Shown here: in pieces, positions 1 to 8,813 of the stretch
Layout of the letters: each line of letters begins with the position of its first letter
How positions within the stretch are numbered: the first letter of the stretch is position 1
IMG/VR virus record: IMGVR_UViG_3300031787_000134
Coordinates: 1-59,681 of that record
Length of the DNA: 59,681 bases
Origin: a virus
Taxonomy: Duplodnaviria > Caudoviricetes
Reading direction: 5' to 3' (one strand)
Program-made: the position numbers and the translations under genes
Notes under the pieces: generated by a model
Told to the model about the DNA's origin: nothing
The model's input: only the letters and a program-made list of their open reading frames with translations
Databases searched by the model: none

Positions 1-7
1 AGCTACC

Positions 8-47
8 AAAAAGAAAAAGACCGGCGCCAGGGCCAGTCTCTTTTTGT
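8..47. terminator. probable bidirectional intrinsic terminator
   Basis: A-tract, imperfect GC hairpin (AGACCGGC...GCCAGTCT), T-tract; lies downstream of the 65-199 ORF. Confidence 0.45.
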
Positions 48-64
48 TCTGTTTAGTTTCCTGT

Positions 65-199
65 CTACAGCGTCCGTGCCACAGCTATGAGGCAGAGCTC
101 CAGCGTCCGGAGCCGCTCAAGTTTATCGACGGAATCAGGCTCAGACCTAACTAAATCGATGGCGCCAACAAGGTATCGTATTTCTTGGGCGGGGCTCAT
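65..199 (-). CDS. small hypothetical protein (44 aa, MSPAQEIRYL...)
   Basis: Read manually (below the ORF-track cutoff); AAGGAG RBS upstream of ATG. Confidence 0.5.
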   Translation of the reverse strand: MSPAQEIRYLVGAIDLVRSEPDSVDKLERLRTLELCLIAVARTL

Positions 200-293
200 A
201 TGTTTTCTCCTTTCATATTAAGCTCCTCTGTTGACGATAATAAAAAGAGACGCGCTGGCCAGGACCGTTATATAAAGAAGAAGAAACATCATT

Positions 294-590
294 TTACCCC
301 CTTGTTAGTTTGACTTCGACGACCAAGAAACGGCAGTCGTCGTTGTGCCGGGGATAATACGTCGTGAAACGGTCGAAACCTGTCCAAAAGGTGACCGGTT
401 GCCGGTCGCCGTTGTGAATAAACGACCACACATCACGCTCTGTTACAGGACCCCAATCACCCTCAAACGTTTCTTTTTGGTCGTCGGTCGGTTCCTCAGT
501 CGTCAGCTCCCCGCCGATTATATAACCGAGGACGCCGTGGTCGTGGTAGTCGAAATGCATTTCGTATTTGCTGGTGATAATACGTTTCAT
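294..590 (-). CDS. hypothetical early protein
   Basis: 98-aa ORF with AAGGAG RBS, directly downstream of a consensus sigma28-type promoter. Confidence 0.65.
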   Translation of the reverse strand: MKRIITSKYEMHFDYHDHGVLGYIIGGELTTEEPTDDQKETFEGDWGPVTERDVWSFIHNGDRQPVTFWTGFDRFTTYYPRHNDDCRFLVVEVKLTRG

Positions 591-630
591 GGTTCACTCC
601 TTTGTATGGTGGATTTGTCTTACCTAACCC

Positions 631-657
631 TTATCGGCAATCCGTGAAAAATCTTTA
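631..657 (-). promoter_or_regulatory. sigma28 (FliA)-type promoter
   Basis: Minus strand reads TAAAGATT...GCCGATAA, i.e. TAAA-N15-GCCGATAA, the exact FliA consensus. Confidence 0.75.
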
Positions 658-981
658 GCCCTAAAAGAAAAAAAAATTATCCTACTCCCCCTAATAAAGG
701 AATGATGGGTCGGGCATGGTTTGTGCACCATGCAACAGATGGGCCAACCTGGGCTGAGTAGCTGAATTTAGGGAGGATAGCCAGTTTTAGTTAGGCTGTT
801 TTTCCCCCTCCTCCTATACACCAAAACATGATGAGAACTGGTGAATAGAAAGAGTACAAGTGCCGCAGTGGGGGCCCTGGTACCTAGAATTAACTACTCC
901 AAACACTGGGTTACACACGGGCCAGCCCTTCGCACTTGCCCCTCACTTCCCACTATGATATCCTACACTTGGGAGAATAAT

Positions 982-1578
982 ATGGCTGCTAAGAGAAGAG
1001 ACCACAAAGGTCAGAAGTATTACCACCTTACGTTACTTTACCCTACCCGAAGTGGGGGTGCGGGCAAAGGCGTGTATTGGATGGCTCGCTGCGATTGTGG
1101 AAATATAAAGGAAGTTCGGGGCTCAGAAGCTGCCCTCGGCAAGATTAAGTCATGCGGCAACTGCAAGTATCATACTGAAATGCTTAGCACTGCTGCCGCT
1201 GATGGGGCCAAACTCCGAGGATGGACCAAAGCCGTGAAGCTTCAACATCTCCGTTATATTAAGTCAGCAGTGAAACGGGGCATTGAGTGGCGGCTATCGC
1301 CTGAAGAGTTCTTACGAATCACCAAGAAAGACTGTAATTACTGCCGCGCCGAACCTAGAATCTATGAGGGCAAATTCTCCAAGAAGGGGAGAGTTGTCAA
1401 AACTTTGATGAACGGAATTGACCGTATCAACTCTGCACTTGGCTATGTAGATGGGAACGTTGTCCCTTGCTGCGGCACCTGCAATAAGATGAAGATGGCG
1501 ATGGACGAGTCGGCCTTCAAGATTCAAGTACTGAAAATTGCTAAGGTATACATTGAGAAGCACAACGGGGCGCTTTAG
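982..1578 (+). CDS. HNH-family (homing-type) endonuclease
   Basis: N-terminal WxxRCDCG...KSCG motif; C-terminal CxxC...GIDRINS..GY..GNVVPCCxxCN; GGAG RBS before ATG 982. Confidence 0.8.
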   Translation: MAAKRRDHKGQKYYHLTLLYPTRSGGAGKGVYWMARCDCGNIKEVRGSEAALGKIKSCGNCKYHTEMLSTAAADGAKLRGWTKAVKLQHLRYIKSAVKRGIEWRLSPEEFLRITKKDCNYCRAEPRIYEGKFSKKGRVVKTLMNGIDRINSALGYVDGNVVPCCGTCNKMKMAMDESAFKIQVLKIAKVYIEKHNGAL

Positions 1579-1839
1579 CCAGTAAGTCGACAAACAAGCC
1601 ACATACTGGCTGAGTTTGCAATTCGTAAACAGTAAACCACAAAGAGACATTTGTTGTCGTTATCTGGTACGGGTTTGTCCTATTGCAGTAAAATACTTGT
1701 CCATAATAGCCATAAAGGCGATTTTTGGCCACTATGTGATACAAAGTTGTCATAGAGCAGTAAATTGTGACCTATTTGTAACAGCTGTATCTTTTAAGAC
1801 ACAGTGTTGTTACTATTGACAAATGTACACATCGAGTGG

Positions 1840-1868
1840 TTGACACTCACAGCGTGGTATGCTAGAAT
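1840..1868 (+). promoter_or_regulatory. strong sigma70-type promoter
   Basis: TTGACA-17 bp-TAGAAT with extended -10 TG. Confidence 0.7.
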
Positions 1869-2429
1869 GATACTGCTGTTAGTGTGAACCACGTACAGCG
1901 ACGTGGTCTTGAGAATCCCCCTGAACTGCCGTAGTATTATCTGTTGAACCAGTAATAAACTGGACCCCCCAACGGGACGAAGGAACGGCCTCAAGATTAT
2001 TAGACAGTTACGAAGAGCGATGGTAGGAAACGGTCGATGTTGTTAGATAATACGTTCATCGGTCGTCGGCTTCGGCCAGGAGCAGCCCCCTAACCAGGGG
2101 TCCAAAGTAAGACGACAACCCGTCCTCACCTAGCAAAGCGTAACACAAGGCCAGGCACTCCCTGACCGGGTCCCTTCCAAGAGCGGGCGACAAGACTGTC
2201 CGCTCCTGATTGAGACCTCCCCGAACCGGGCTTACTATATGGTTATGGTAAAGCCAGAAAGGGGGAGATACTAGCTGGTAACTAGTATTCAGGAGCAAGA
2301 AGAAACTAACATGTAGCTACCTGTACCAAGTAGCATCCTGTACAAGCTGCTACTAGTACATATAGTTACTAGTAGTAGCTAGTAGCCTTTTGTGCTACAC
2401 TGATGTAAACAGTACCCAGTGGATTCATT

Positions 2430-2936
2430 ATGAGCCTCAAAGACATCAACAAGATACTAGCCGCCGCGCAAACTGACCTAGTCTTTGCCCCCACCCCGGA
2501 CATGCGCCGGGCCAAGGCAGCCTTCTGGTCCAAGTTCGCGGACTCCCCCATGCTGGCCGCTGACAGCTTGACCCTCGCCTCTGTCCAGCAAGTAGCATCT
2601 GATAAGAGGCTTACCAAGTGGTGGTCGCTGCCGGGCTTCGCAGAATGGTTCCAAAACAAGGAGGAGTTTCGTGAGAGGCTCGAGTACTTGGCTGATATCG
2701 CCCTCGACTCCCTGGAACAGGTCCTGACCGACCCCGACTCGAACCCGTCAGCCAAAGTGGCCTCAGCCAAACTCGTCCTCGAAGCTGCCAGCAAGATGCC
2801 CAAAAAAGATGCCGAGGCCCCAGCCTCCCGGCTGGAGACCATGTCAAGGGGCGAATTAGAGGACTACGTCCGTAAGAACCTCAAATTCTTGACAAGCGAC
2901 CCCCCACCTGCTAAAGTAGACCAGACTGAAGAGTAA
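2430..2936 (+). CDS. putative terminase small subunit
   Basis: 168-aa helical protein at the start of the morphogenesis operon; 'AKVASAKLVLE' and 'LETMSRGELE' resemble phage TerS tails. Confidence 0.55.
   Translation: MSLKDINKILAAAQTDLVFAPTPDMRRAKAAFWSKFADSPMLAADSLTLASVQQVASDKRLTKWWSLPGFAEWFQNKEEFRERLEYLADIALDSLEQVLTDPDSNPSAKVASAKLVLEAASKMPKKDAEAPASRLETMSRGELEDYVRKNLKFLTSDPPPAKVDQTEE
2889..2917 (+). promoter_or_regulatory. sigma70-type promoter inside the 3' end of the putative terS
   Basis: TTGACA-17-TAAAGT with TG extension. Confidence 0.5.
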
Positions 2937-2959
2937 CGACCTACCTGGAGGTCCCCCCA

Positions 2960-3586
2960 TTGCTGCTAAAAACCGGGCTACAAGAAGTTCTGCTTAATGC
3001 AGCCCCGACCGGGGGAGGCGTCCTTACCAAGGACTTCTCCATCCAGTCCGATGCAGCGTTGTTCCTCCTCTGGGTCAACTCTACTGCTGGCGATATCACG
3101 GTCGAAGTGTACGGCATCTTGGCCGACGACCAAGAAGTCTTCGTACTAAGCTTCCCCAAAATCAACACCCCTTCCATTGAGATATCGCAAAAGCGGACCG
3201 GGACGGTTCCTACCCGCCTCCGCGTCAAAGTCACGCACACCGCTGGTTGCGACTTCGAACTCTCGGTTCGGGCGGTTTCGACCGGTAGCTCTGATACCAG
3301 GATACTTGGCGGGGCGTCACTAAAGGTTAGCAAGAAAACGGTCAATAACGTCGCCTCCCTTCTAGTCCCCTCTTCATTAGTTGACCGAGCTGCTATCGCC
3401 ATCAAGAATTGGTCTACCAGTGGCACCATTTACATCGGGGAAACCATCGCTAAAGCCAATCAGAATAATGGATGGCCCATCGGACCCAAAGATGCCCTCG
3501 GCATTGATATCCAAGCTGGGGTCGAGATTTACGCTGTTGCTGTTGACGGGCCTTGTGATATCCGCATTATTGAGAGTGGGGGCTGA
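2960..3586 (+). CDS. beta-rich virion structural/decoration protein
   Basis: TTG start with GGAGG RBS; beta-strand pattern; position in late operon. Confidence 0.55.
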   Translation: MLLKTGLQEVLLNAAPTGGGVLTKDFSIQSDAALFLLWVNSTAGDITVEVYGILADDQEVFVLSFPKINTPSIEISQKRTGTVPTRLRVKVTHTAGCDFELSVRAVSTGSSDTRILGGASLKVSKKTVNNVASLLVPSSLVDRAAIAIKNWSTSGTIYIGETIAKANQNNGWPIGPKDALGIDIQAGVEIYAVAVDGPCDIRIIESGG

Positions 3587-3588
3587 TA

Positions 3589-3978
3589 ATGGCATCAGTA
3601 ACCCCATCAGGTTCCGCAGGCGGAACAGTAGAAATTGTTAACACCGCAGTAGCGCCCGCATATAACATTGTCGTGACCGCGTTGCGGGTGAATCCCGAGA
3701 CTAGGGTATCATACACCTTTCCGGACGGGTCCACTAATATCACCTTTCGAGTTCGGCAGCTGGGTCAAGAGGTTAGGTTCTACTCAGCCTTGAACGCCAC
3801 CGGATATTATACAACTAATACGTATTCTTCTGGCAGCGTTAATACCAGACAAGTAACCTTCTGCTGGGAGAATGACATCGGAGTCGATGTGGAGCTCACG
3901 TATTGGGGCCCTGCCGGCGTCTCTGACAGTAGCGGCTTCTTACTACTTGAAACCGGTGATTATCTTGGTCTATACTAG
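3589..3978 (+). CDS. virion structural protein
   Basis: S/T/G-rich 129-aa ORF; ends in 'FLLLETGDYLGL', a tail seen in phage structural proteins. Confidence 0.55.
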   Translation: MASVTPSGSAGGTVEIVNTAVAPAYNIVVTALRVNPETRVSYTFPDGSTNITFRVRQLGQEVRFYSALNATGYYTTNTYSSGSVNTRQVTFCWENDIGVDVELTYWGPAGVSDSSGFLLLETGDYLGLY

Positions 3979-4025
3979 TTCTCGGTAGTTTCCGCACTTA
4001 CCGAGCGACCGCAGGGAGCGTACAG

Positions 4026-4403
4026 ATGGCCAACAAAAAGATTAGTGAACTAGACGACTTGTCCACAGTTACTAGCGATGACCTTGCTGTAGTGGTAGAT
4101 ATCTCAACGCTGACGACTCGAAAAGCCAGCATGGCCAACCTCCGAAGCTACTTCCAGTCCGAGCTCCCCCGACCCAAGACACAAATACTCACCGTCACCT
4201 CTGACATGCTGTTAGCGAAAGCGTTCAACTTGACAAACCCCCCCATCTTGGGCTATAATGTCACTATCCTCCCCCACGGTGGCCCAGCCCAATTCATCAA
4301 TGAAGACTTCATTGTAGACGGATTGACTCTATCTTGGGATGGATACGGATTGGACGGCTTATTAGAAGCGGGTGACCGCATTTTGGTAAGCTACTTTTAT
4401 TAA
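4026..4403 (+). CDS. virion structural protein (fibre-associated)
   Basis: 'MANKKISEL' N-terminus typical of phage fibre/structural proteins; GGGAG RBS. Confidence 0.6.
   Translation: MANKKISELDDLSTVTSDDLAVVVDISTLTTRKASMANLRSYFQSELPRPKTQILTVTSDMLLAKAFNLTNPPILGYNVTILPHGGPAQFINEDFIVDGLTLSWDGYGLDGLLEAGDRILVSYFY
4230..4259 (+). promoter_or_regulatory. intragenic consensus sigma70 promoter upstream of the 695-aa fibre gene
   Basis: TTGACA-18-TATAAT. Confidence 0.6.
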
Positions 4404-4426
4404 CCCCCTTCTTTCAGGGAAAACTC

Positions 4427-6514
4427 ATGGCACAGATTAAGAAGAAATTCCTTGCCTCGAACGCCGTTGACGGTACTAAAGTCCAGTACTCGAACAACGA
4501 ATCGTTCCGGGCCAAATCCTCCTCGAACGTGGACGTCGAACTGTTCAAGCTCGACAACTCCAACATCTTCCAATTCTTGCAAATGCCAAGAGTTGGTTCC
4601 GACCCCAGTAACGGCAATGACGTTTCGCGTAAGTCTTACGTCGATGCTCAAGTTTTGGCTGAAGCTGCTTCCCGCGTCCAAGCTGACGCAGCTGAAACCG
4701 CAGCCCGCGAAGCGGCTATAGCTAGTGAAGCTGCCTCCCGTCAAGCTGCCGACGAGCAACTTGCCTCTGACTTGGCTGACGAATCTGCTGCTCGCGTAGC
4801 AGCAGTGTCTGCAGAGCAGTCCGCACGTGAGTCCGCTGACAGCGACCTCCAAGACGCTATCGACGCCGAAGAAGCGGCCCGCATCGCGGCAGTCTCTGCT
4901 GAAGAGTCTAGAGCTACCGCTGCTGAAGGCGTGCTCCAAGCGGCTATCACTGCTGAGCAATCCAGAGCCGAGGCCGCCGAGGCGGACCTCCAAGACCAAA
5001 TTGACGCCCTCGACACAGGCAATGCACAAGCTCTTGCCGATGAAGTTGCTGCTCGTATCGCTGCGGACTCCGTCCTCGACGGCAAAATCGAAACGGAAAA
5101 ATCCCGCATCGATGCCATCCTCCTCGCCTCCGACGCAGACAAAGATAGCTTTGCTGAAATCGTTAGCCTTATCAACAGTGTTGATACGACGAACGACACC
5201 GCCTTTGCTAGCTACGTCCTCAGCAATGACGCTGCCCTAGCTCAAGAAGTTAGTGACCGCCAAGCTGGCGACTCTGCTCTCCAGTCTTCGCTCGACAGCG
5301 AAGTCAGCCGCGCCACCGCTGCTGAAGAAACACTGCAAGACAATATTGACGCCGAAGAAGCTGCTAGAATTGCCGCTGTTTCTGCCGAACAGTCTGCTCG
5401 CGAAGCTGCTGACTCTGCTCTAGACAGCCGCCTCGACGTTTTGGAAGGAAGTGATGCTACCGAAGGTAGCGTTGCCAAAGCTGAAAAAGACGCTAAAGAT
5501 TACACCGATGCCGAAGTTTCTGCCGAGCAAGCCCGCGCCGAAGCTGCTGAAGCCGGACTTCAGTCCGCTATCGACAGTGAAGCAGCTCGTGCTACCGCAG
5601 CTGAAGGCGACCTCCAAGACGCGATTGACCAAGAAGTATCGGACCGCCAATCGGCTGTCTCGGGTGAAGAAGCTGCTCGGATGGCGGCTGACGCTGGTAT
5701 CCAATCCGAACTCGACGCTACCCAAGGTGGCGCCGGTCTAGGTGTAGACGGCGGCTATACGGCCCCAGTAGGTTCCTCCCACCTTGGCTCTGCAGTCAGC
5801 CTCAAAGATGCCGACAGCAAGCTAGACGCTGCTATCGTCGCTGAGAGCAATGCCCGACAAACCGCCGTCAGCAACCTCGAGCAAAGCATCTCCGACCTCG
5901 ACGCTGCTATGACCCAAGGCTTCGACGACGCTCAAGCTTACACGGACAGCAAAGTTGCTGCTCTTATTGACGGTGCCCCGGCCCTCCTTGACACCCTTAA
6001 CGAGCTAGCCGCCGCTATCGGTGACGACGAGAACTTTGCTGGCAACATCATGACCGCCGTCAGCAACGAAGCTGCTGCTCGTGCAGCTGCCGACACTGCT
6101 GAAGCTAGCGCCCGCGCTGCTGCTGATACCGACCTCCAAGACCAGTTGGATGCCGAAGAAGCCGCTAGAATTGCTGCCGTCTCTGCTGAGCAATCAGCAC
6201 GTGAAGCTGCTGACTCCCTCGAGTCTTCGACTCGAGTTGCCGAACTGCCCCGCCACGCTAAAGTCCGCTACACGCTGACCTCTACCGATATCAGCAACGG
6301 CTACGTCGACCTCGACCACGTTGCTCTGGGCTCCTCTTGCCACGTCTTCATTGACCGCCTGGCTTGCCACGAGTCTGATGACTACACCGTTTCGACGGTG
6401 GGTGGCGTAACCCGCGTTACTTTCTCCGCTGGCTTCATGTCTAGCGAAGAAGGTCCAGGCGAAGGTGACCTCTTCCGTTGCGGTTACATGTACAAAAATA
6501 GTGACCAACCGTAA
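4427..6514 (+). CDS. long coiled-coil fibre protein (head or tail fibre)
   Basis: Many Ala/Glu/Arg repeats (AEEAARIAAVSAEQSAREAADS); contains the fibre motif GAPALLDTLNELAAAIGDDENFA. Confidence 0.7.
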   Translation: MAQIKKKFLASNAVDGTKVQYSNNESFRAKSSSNVDVELFKLDNSNIFQFLQMPRVGSDPSNGNDVSRKSYVDAQVLAEAASRVQADAAETAAREAAIASEAASRQAADEQLASDLADESAARVAAVSAEQSARESADSDLQDAIDAEEAARIAAVSAEESRATAAEGVLQAAITAEQSRAEAAEADLQDQIDALDTGNAQALADEVAARIAADSVLDGKIETEKSRIDAILLASDADKDSFAEIVSLINSVDTTNDTAFASYVLSNDAALAQEVSDRQAGDSALQSSLDSEVSRATAAEETLQDNIDAEEAARIAAVSAEQSAREAADSALDSRLDVLEGSDATEGSVAKAEKDAKDYTDAEVSAEQARAEAAEAGLQSAIDSEAARATAAEGDLQDAIDQEVSDRQSAVSGEEAARMAADAGIQSELDATQGGAGLGVDGGYTAPVGSSHLGSAVSLKDADSKLDAAIVAESNARQTAVSNLEQSISDLDAAMTQGFDDAQAYTDSKVAALIDGAPALLDTLNELAAAIGDDENFAGNIMTAVSNEAAARAAADTAEASARAAADTDLQDQLDAEEAARIAAVSAEQSAREAADSLESSTRVAELPRHAKVRYTLTSTDISNGYVDLDHVALGSSCHVFIDRLACHESDDYTVSTVGGVTRVTFSAGFMSSEEGPGEGDLFRCGYMYKNSDQP

Positions 6515-6537
6515 TCTTTTAGTTAGCGGTTAGTTAC

Positions 6538-6568
6538 GGGGCTCCCTTCGGGGGGCCCTTTTCTTTTT
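6538..6568 (+). terminator. intrinsic terminator
   Basis: GC stem with TTCG loop followed by a T-tract. Confidence 0.8.
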
Positions 6569-6631
6569 GTCTTGCATTTCCTGGCGGTTAAAGTATACTA
6601 CTACTCAGGCGCTAGAGTAGGAGCACTACAA

Positions 6632-7021
6632 ATGAACGCTTGGATACCTAACACAGTAACTTTGCAGGGACTTGGCACCATCGTTGCCAACCAAATTGAT
6701 GTCCCGGTCAGTAAGAAATTCCCCATCACAGCTGGCGGCAGTAAGAATATTGTTGTCTCGGTGTCGTTTACGGCCTCCGCTGCAGCCACATACAAGGTCA
6801 AACTTCGGTCCAGTTTCGGCAATAATGGCACCGAGGACGCTAAAGAAGTATCTAAGGTAGTGGCCGCCCCAGGGGCGGTGACGATAGTATACCGCCTCAA
6901 TAGCGACGTGTCTGGTGACCAACAATATCTACCCCTTAACTCATTAGGCGAGGTGGTATTTACGACTCCTGCGGGTGCCACCGCGTCCGGTATCGTCGTG
7001 CAAACCTTGCAAGAGGAATAA
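6632..7021 (+). CDS. beta-rich hypothetical (structural?) protein
   Basis: AGGAG RBS before ATG 6632; TTGCAT...TATACT promoter-like sequence upstream. Confidence 0.55.
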   Translation: MNAWIPNTVTLQGLGTIVANQIDVPVSKKFPITAGGSKNIVVSVSFTASAAATYKVKLRSSFGNNGTEDAKEVSKVVAAPGAVTIVYRLNSDVSGDQQYLPLNSLGEVVFTTPAGATASGIVVQTLQEE

Positions 7022-7075
7022 GTCCACACTAGCTGAAGCGAGTGTAGACTTTTCCTTGTACAACTGCGAAATGAA

Positions 7076-8533
7076 ATGAAGCAGAAGACCGACAAATTAC
7101 TCTTGGCTGCGATGGAGAAGCTAGAAAAGCTCCGTCGCCAGGAGTGTTTTGACCCGGCAAGTCCTGACAGTAAGCCCACCGCAGCGCAACAAGAAGTGAT
7201 TCAAGACTTCGGCAAAGTCAAAATTCAGGTCATCCGCTCAGGTACGCAGGCGGGAAAATCTCAGACATGTTCGAGACTTATCACTTGGGTCTTGACTGAA
7301 ACTCACCCCAATTGGAAAAGACCAACTGAATGGGGAAATGAGCCTTTACTGGCCATCGTGGCTGGCCGTACCGGCAAGCAAATCGAGGAATCCCTCCTAC
7401 CCAAAATCAGGTCTTTCCTCGAACCGGGAACATTTAAAGAAGTCCGAATCGGGAACATCATTCAGCGCCTGGAATTGGACAACGGGAACCGTATCGTCTT
7501 TCAGTCCCTGGAAAACCCCTCGATGGCGAGAGAGCGGATTCAGTCTTACGTTGCTCATATTGCTTGGATTGATGAATTGCCCCCCACTGTAGACGTCATG
7601 GACGAATTACTTCGCCGGATTCAGGCTAGAAATGGCCACTTCTTGGCATCATTTACGCCCCTAGTCCGAAATGTCAAAGTGCAAAAGTTCGTCGACTCAT
7701 TGACAGCCCCGCTCGCCAAGACGTACCGCTTCCGAATGCTTGATAATCCCCTTTACGCGGACCCCGTTCGGCAGGCCGAAATCTTGTCGTCTTTGGGGCA
7801 TCTCCCCGAGCACGTCAGAAACAGTCGTCTCTACGGCGATTGGATGTCAGATGATAACGCGGTATTTTACTTTGATTACAATACGATGGTAGAGCTGCCT
7901 ACTGGCTACTCCCCACTGTGGCGCCACGTTGAAAGTGTCGACCCTGCAGTAAAGTCCGCCCTCGGTTACACCCTTTGGGCGGAGGACCCATCCTCTGGCG
8001 TCTGGTACTGCATCAAAGCGGAGTATATCAAAGGAGTTTACGTCCCGACCGAGCTCGTCAGCACCGTGGCAAAGCTCAGCGCCAACGTTAACATTGTCCG
8101 CCGCATATCAGACCCCCACGAATCTTGGTACATTCACACCGCCGCCAGTATGGGAATCAGCTACAGCACCGTCTACGACAAAAACAGCCGGAAGGCGGAA
8201 CTAATAAAAAACTTCCAAGAGGCCCTCGGCTCCCAGCTCCGGATTGCCCCAACGGCGGACCTCCTCATCGAAGAAATAACATCAGCAAGGTGGAGTGATA
8301 CACGGGATGGAAAGATTGCTTCTGGTAGCGATTATCATTTGCTGGACAGCTCTCAGTATTTCCTTGATGTTAAGCCGAAACGGGAAACCTCGCCTCAAGT
8401 TGGTTTACCGTGGGATGCCGCCCTTTACAAAGCCCACGTCGACCGAAAGAAAGCTGAAGCTAGTAAGCAAATGAAACTAATGCAGCGTGCTATCCAAAGA
8501 AAGGGACGAAGTCATGTCCGAAAATTCTCCTAA
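7076..8533 (+). CDS. terL: terminase large subunit
   Basis: Walker A (SGTQAGKS), Walker B (AWIDE), coupling motif (SFTP), nuclease Asp (SVDP) and C-terminal H-x-x-D. Confidence 0.9.
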   Translation: MKQKTDKLLLAAMEKLEKLRRQECFDPASPDSKPTAAQQEVIQDFGKVKIQVIRSGTQAGKSQTCSRLITWVLTETHPNWKRPTEWGNEPLLAIVAGRTGKQIEESLLPKIRSFLEPGTFKEVRIGNIIQRLELDNGNRIVFQSLENPSMARERIQSYVAHIAWIDELPPTVDVMDELLRRIQARNGHFLASFTPLVRNVKVQKFVDSLTAPLAKTYRFRMLDNPLYADPVRQAEILSSLGHLPEHVRNSRLYGDWMSDDNAVFYFDYNTMVELPTGYSPLWRHVESVDPAVKSALGYTLWAEDPSSGVWYCIKAEYIKGVYVPTELVSTVAKLSANVNIVRRISDPHESWYIHTAASMGISYSTVYDKNSRKAELIKNFQEALGSQLRIAPTADLLIEEITSARWSDTRDGKIASGSDYHLLDSSQYFLDVKPKRETSPQVGLPWDAALYKAHVDRKKAEASKQMKLMQRAIQRKGRSHVRKFS

Positions 8534-8804
8534 CATGATAGGCATTTCCCTCCTCATTAGTCAGACCCCTCCCCGAAGGGAGGAGCGCCATAGGCGGGAG
8601 CACCATGAGCGAAAGCCGACCATCGAGCAGAAAGTCCGTGACTGTATTGAGCGAATTGACAACGGCTGCGGAACTGAGGTAGACTTTCTTACGTTGAAGA
8701 AGTTGAAAGCTGCCATTCAATCTAAGCCGAAACTGACACCTCGAATGAAGAACATCCTGGATATGGTAGAACCGGTAATCCGCAAGTTTGGTTACTACTT
8801 TTAG
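8514..8804 (+). CDS. hypothetical protein
   Basis: ORF filling the gap between terL and portal. Confidence 0.5.
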   Translation: MSENSPNMIGISLLISQTPPRREERHRREHHERKPTIEQKVRDCIERIDNGCGTEVDFLTLKKLKAAIQSKPKLTPRMKNILDMVEPVIRKFGYYF

Positions 8805-8813
8805 GAGCTTAAG

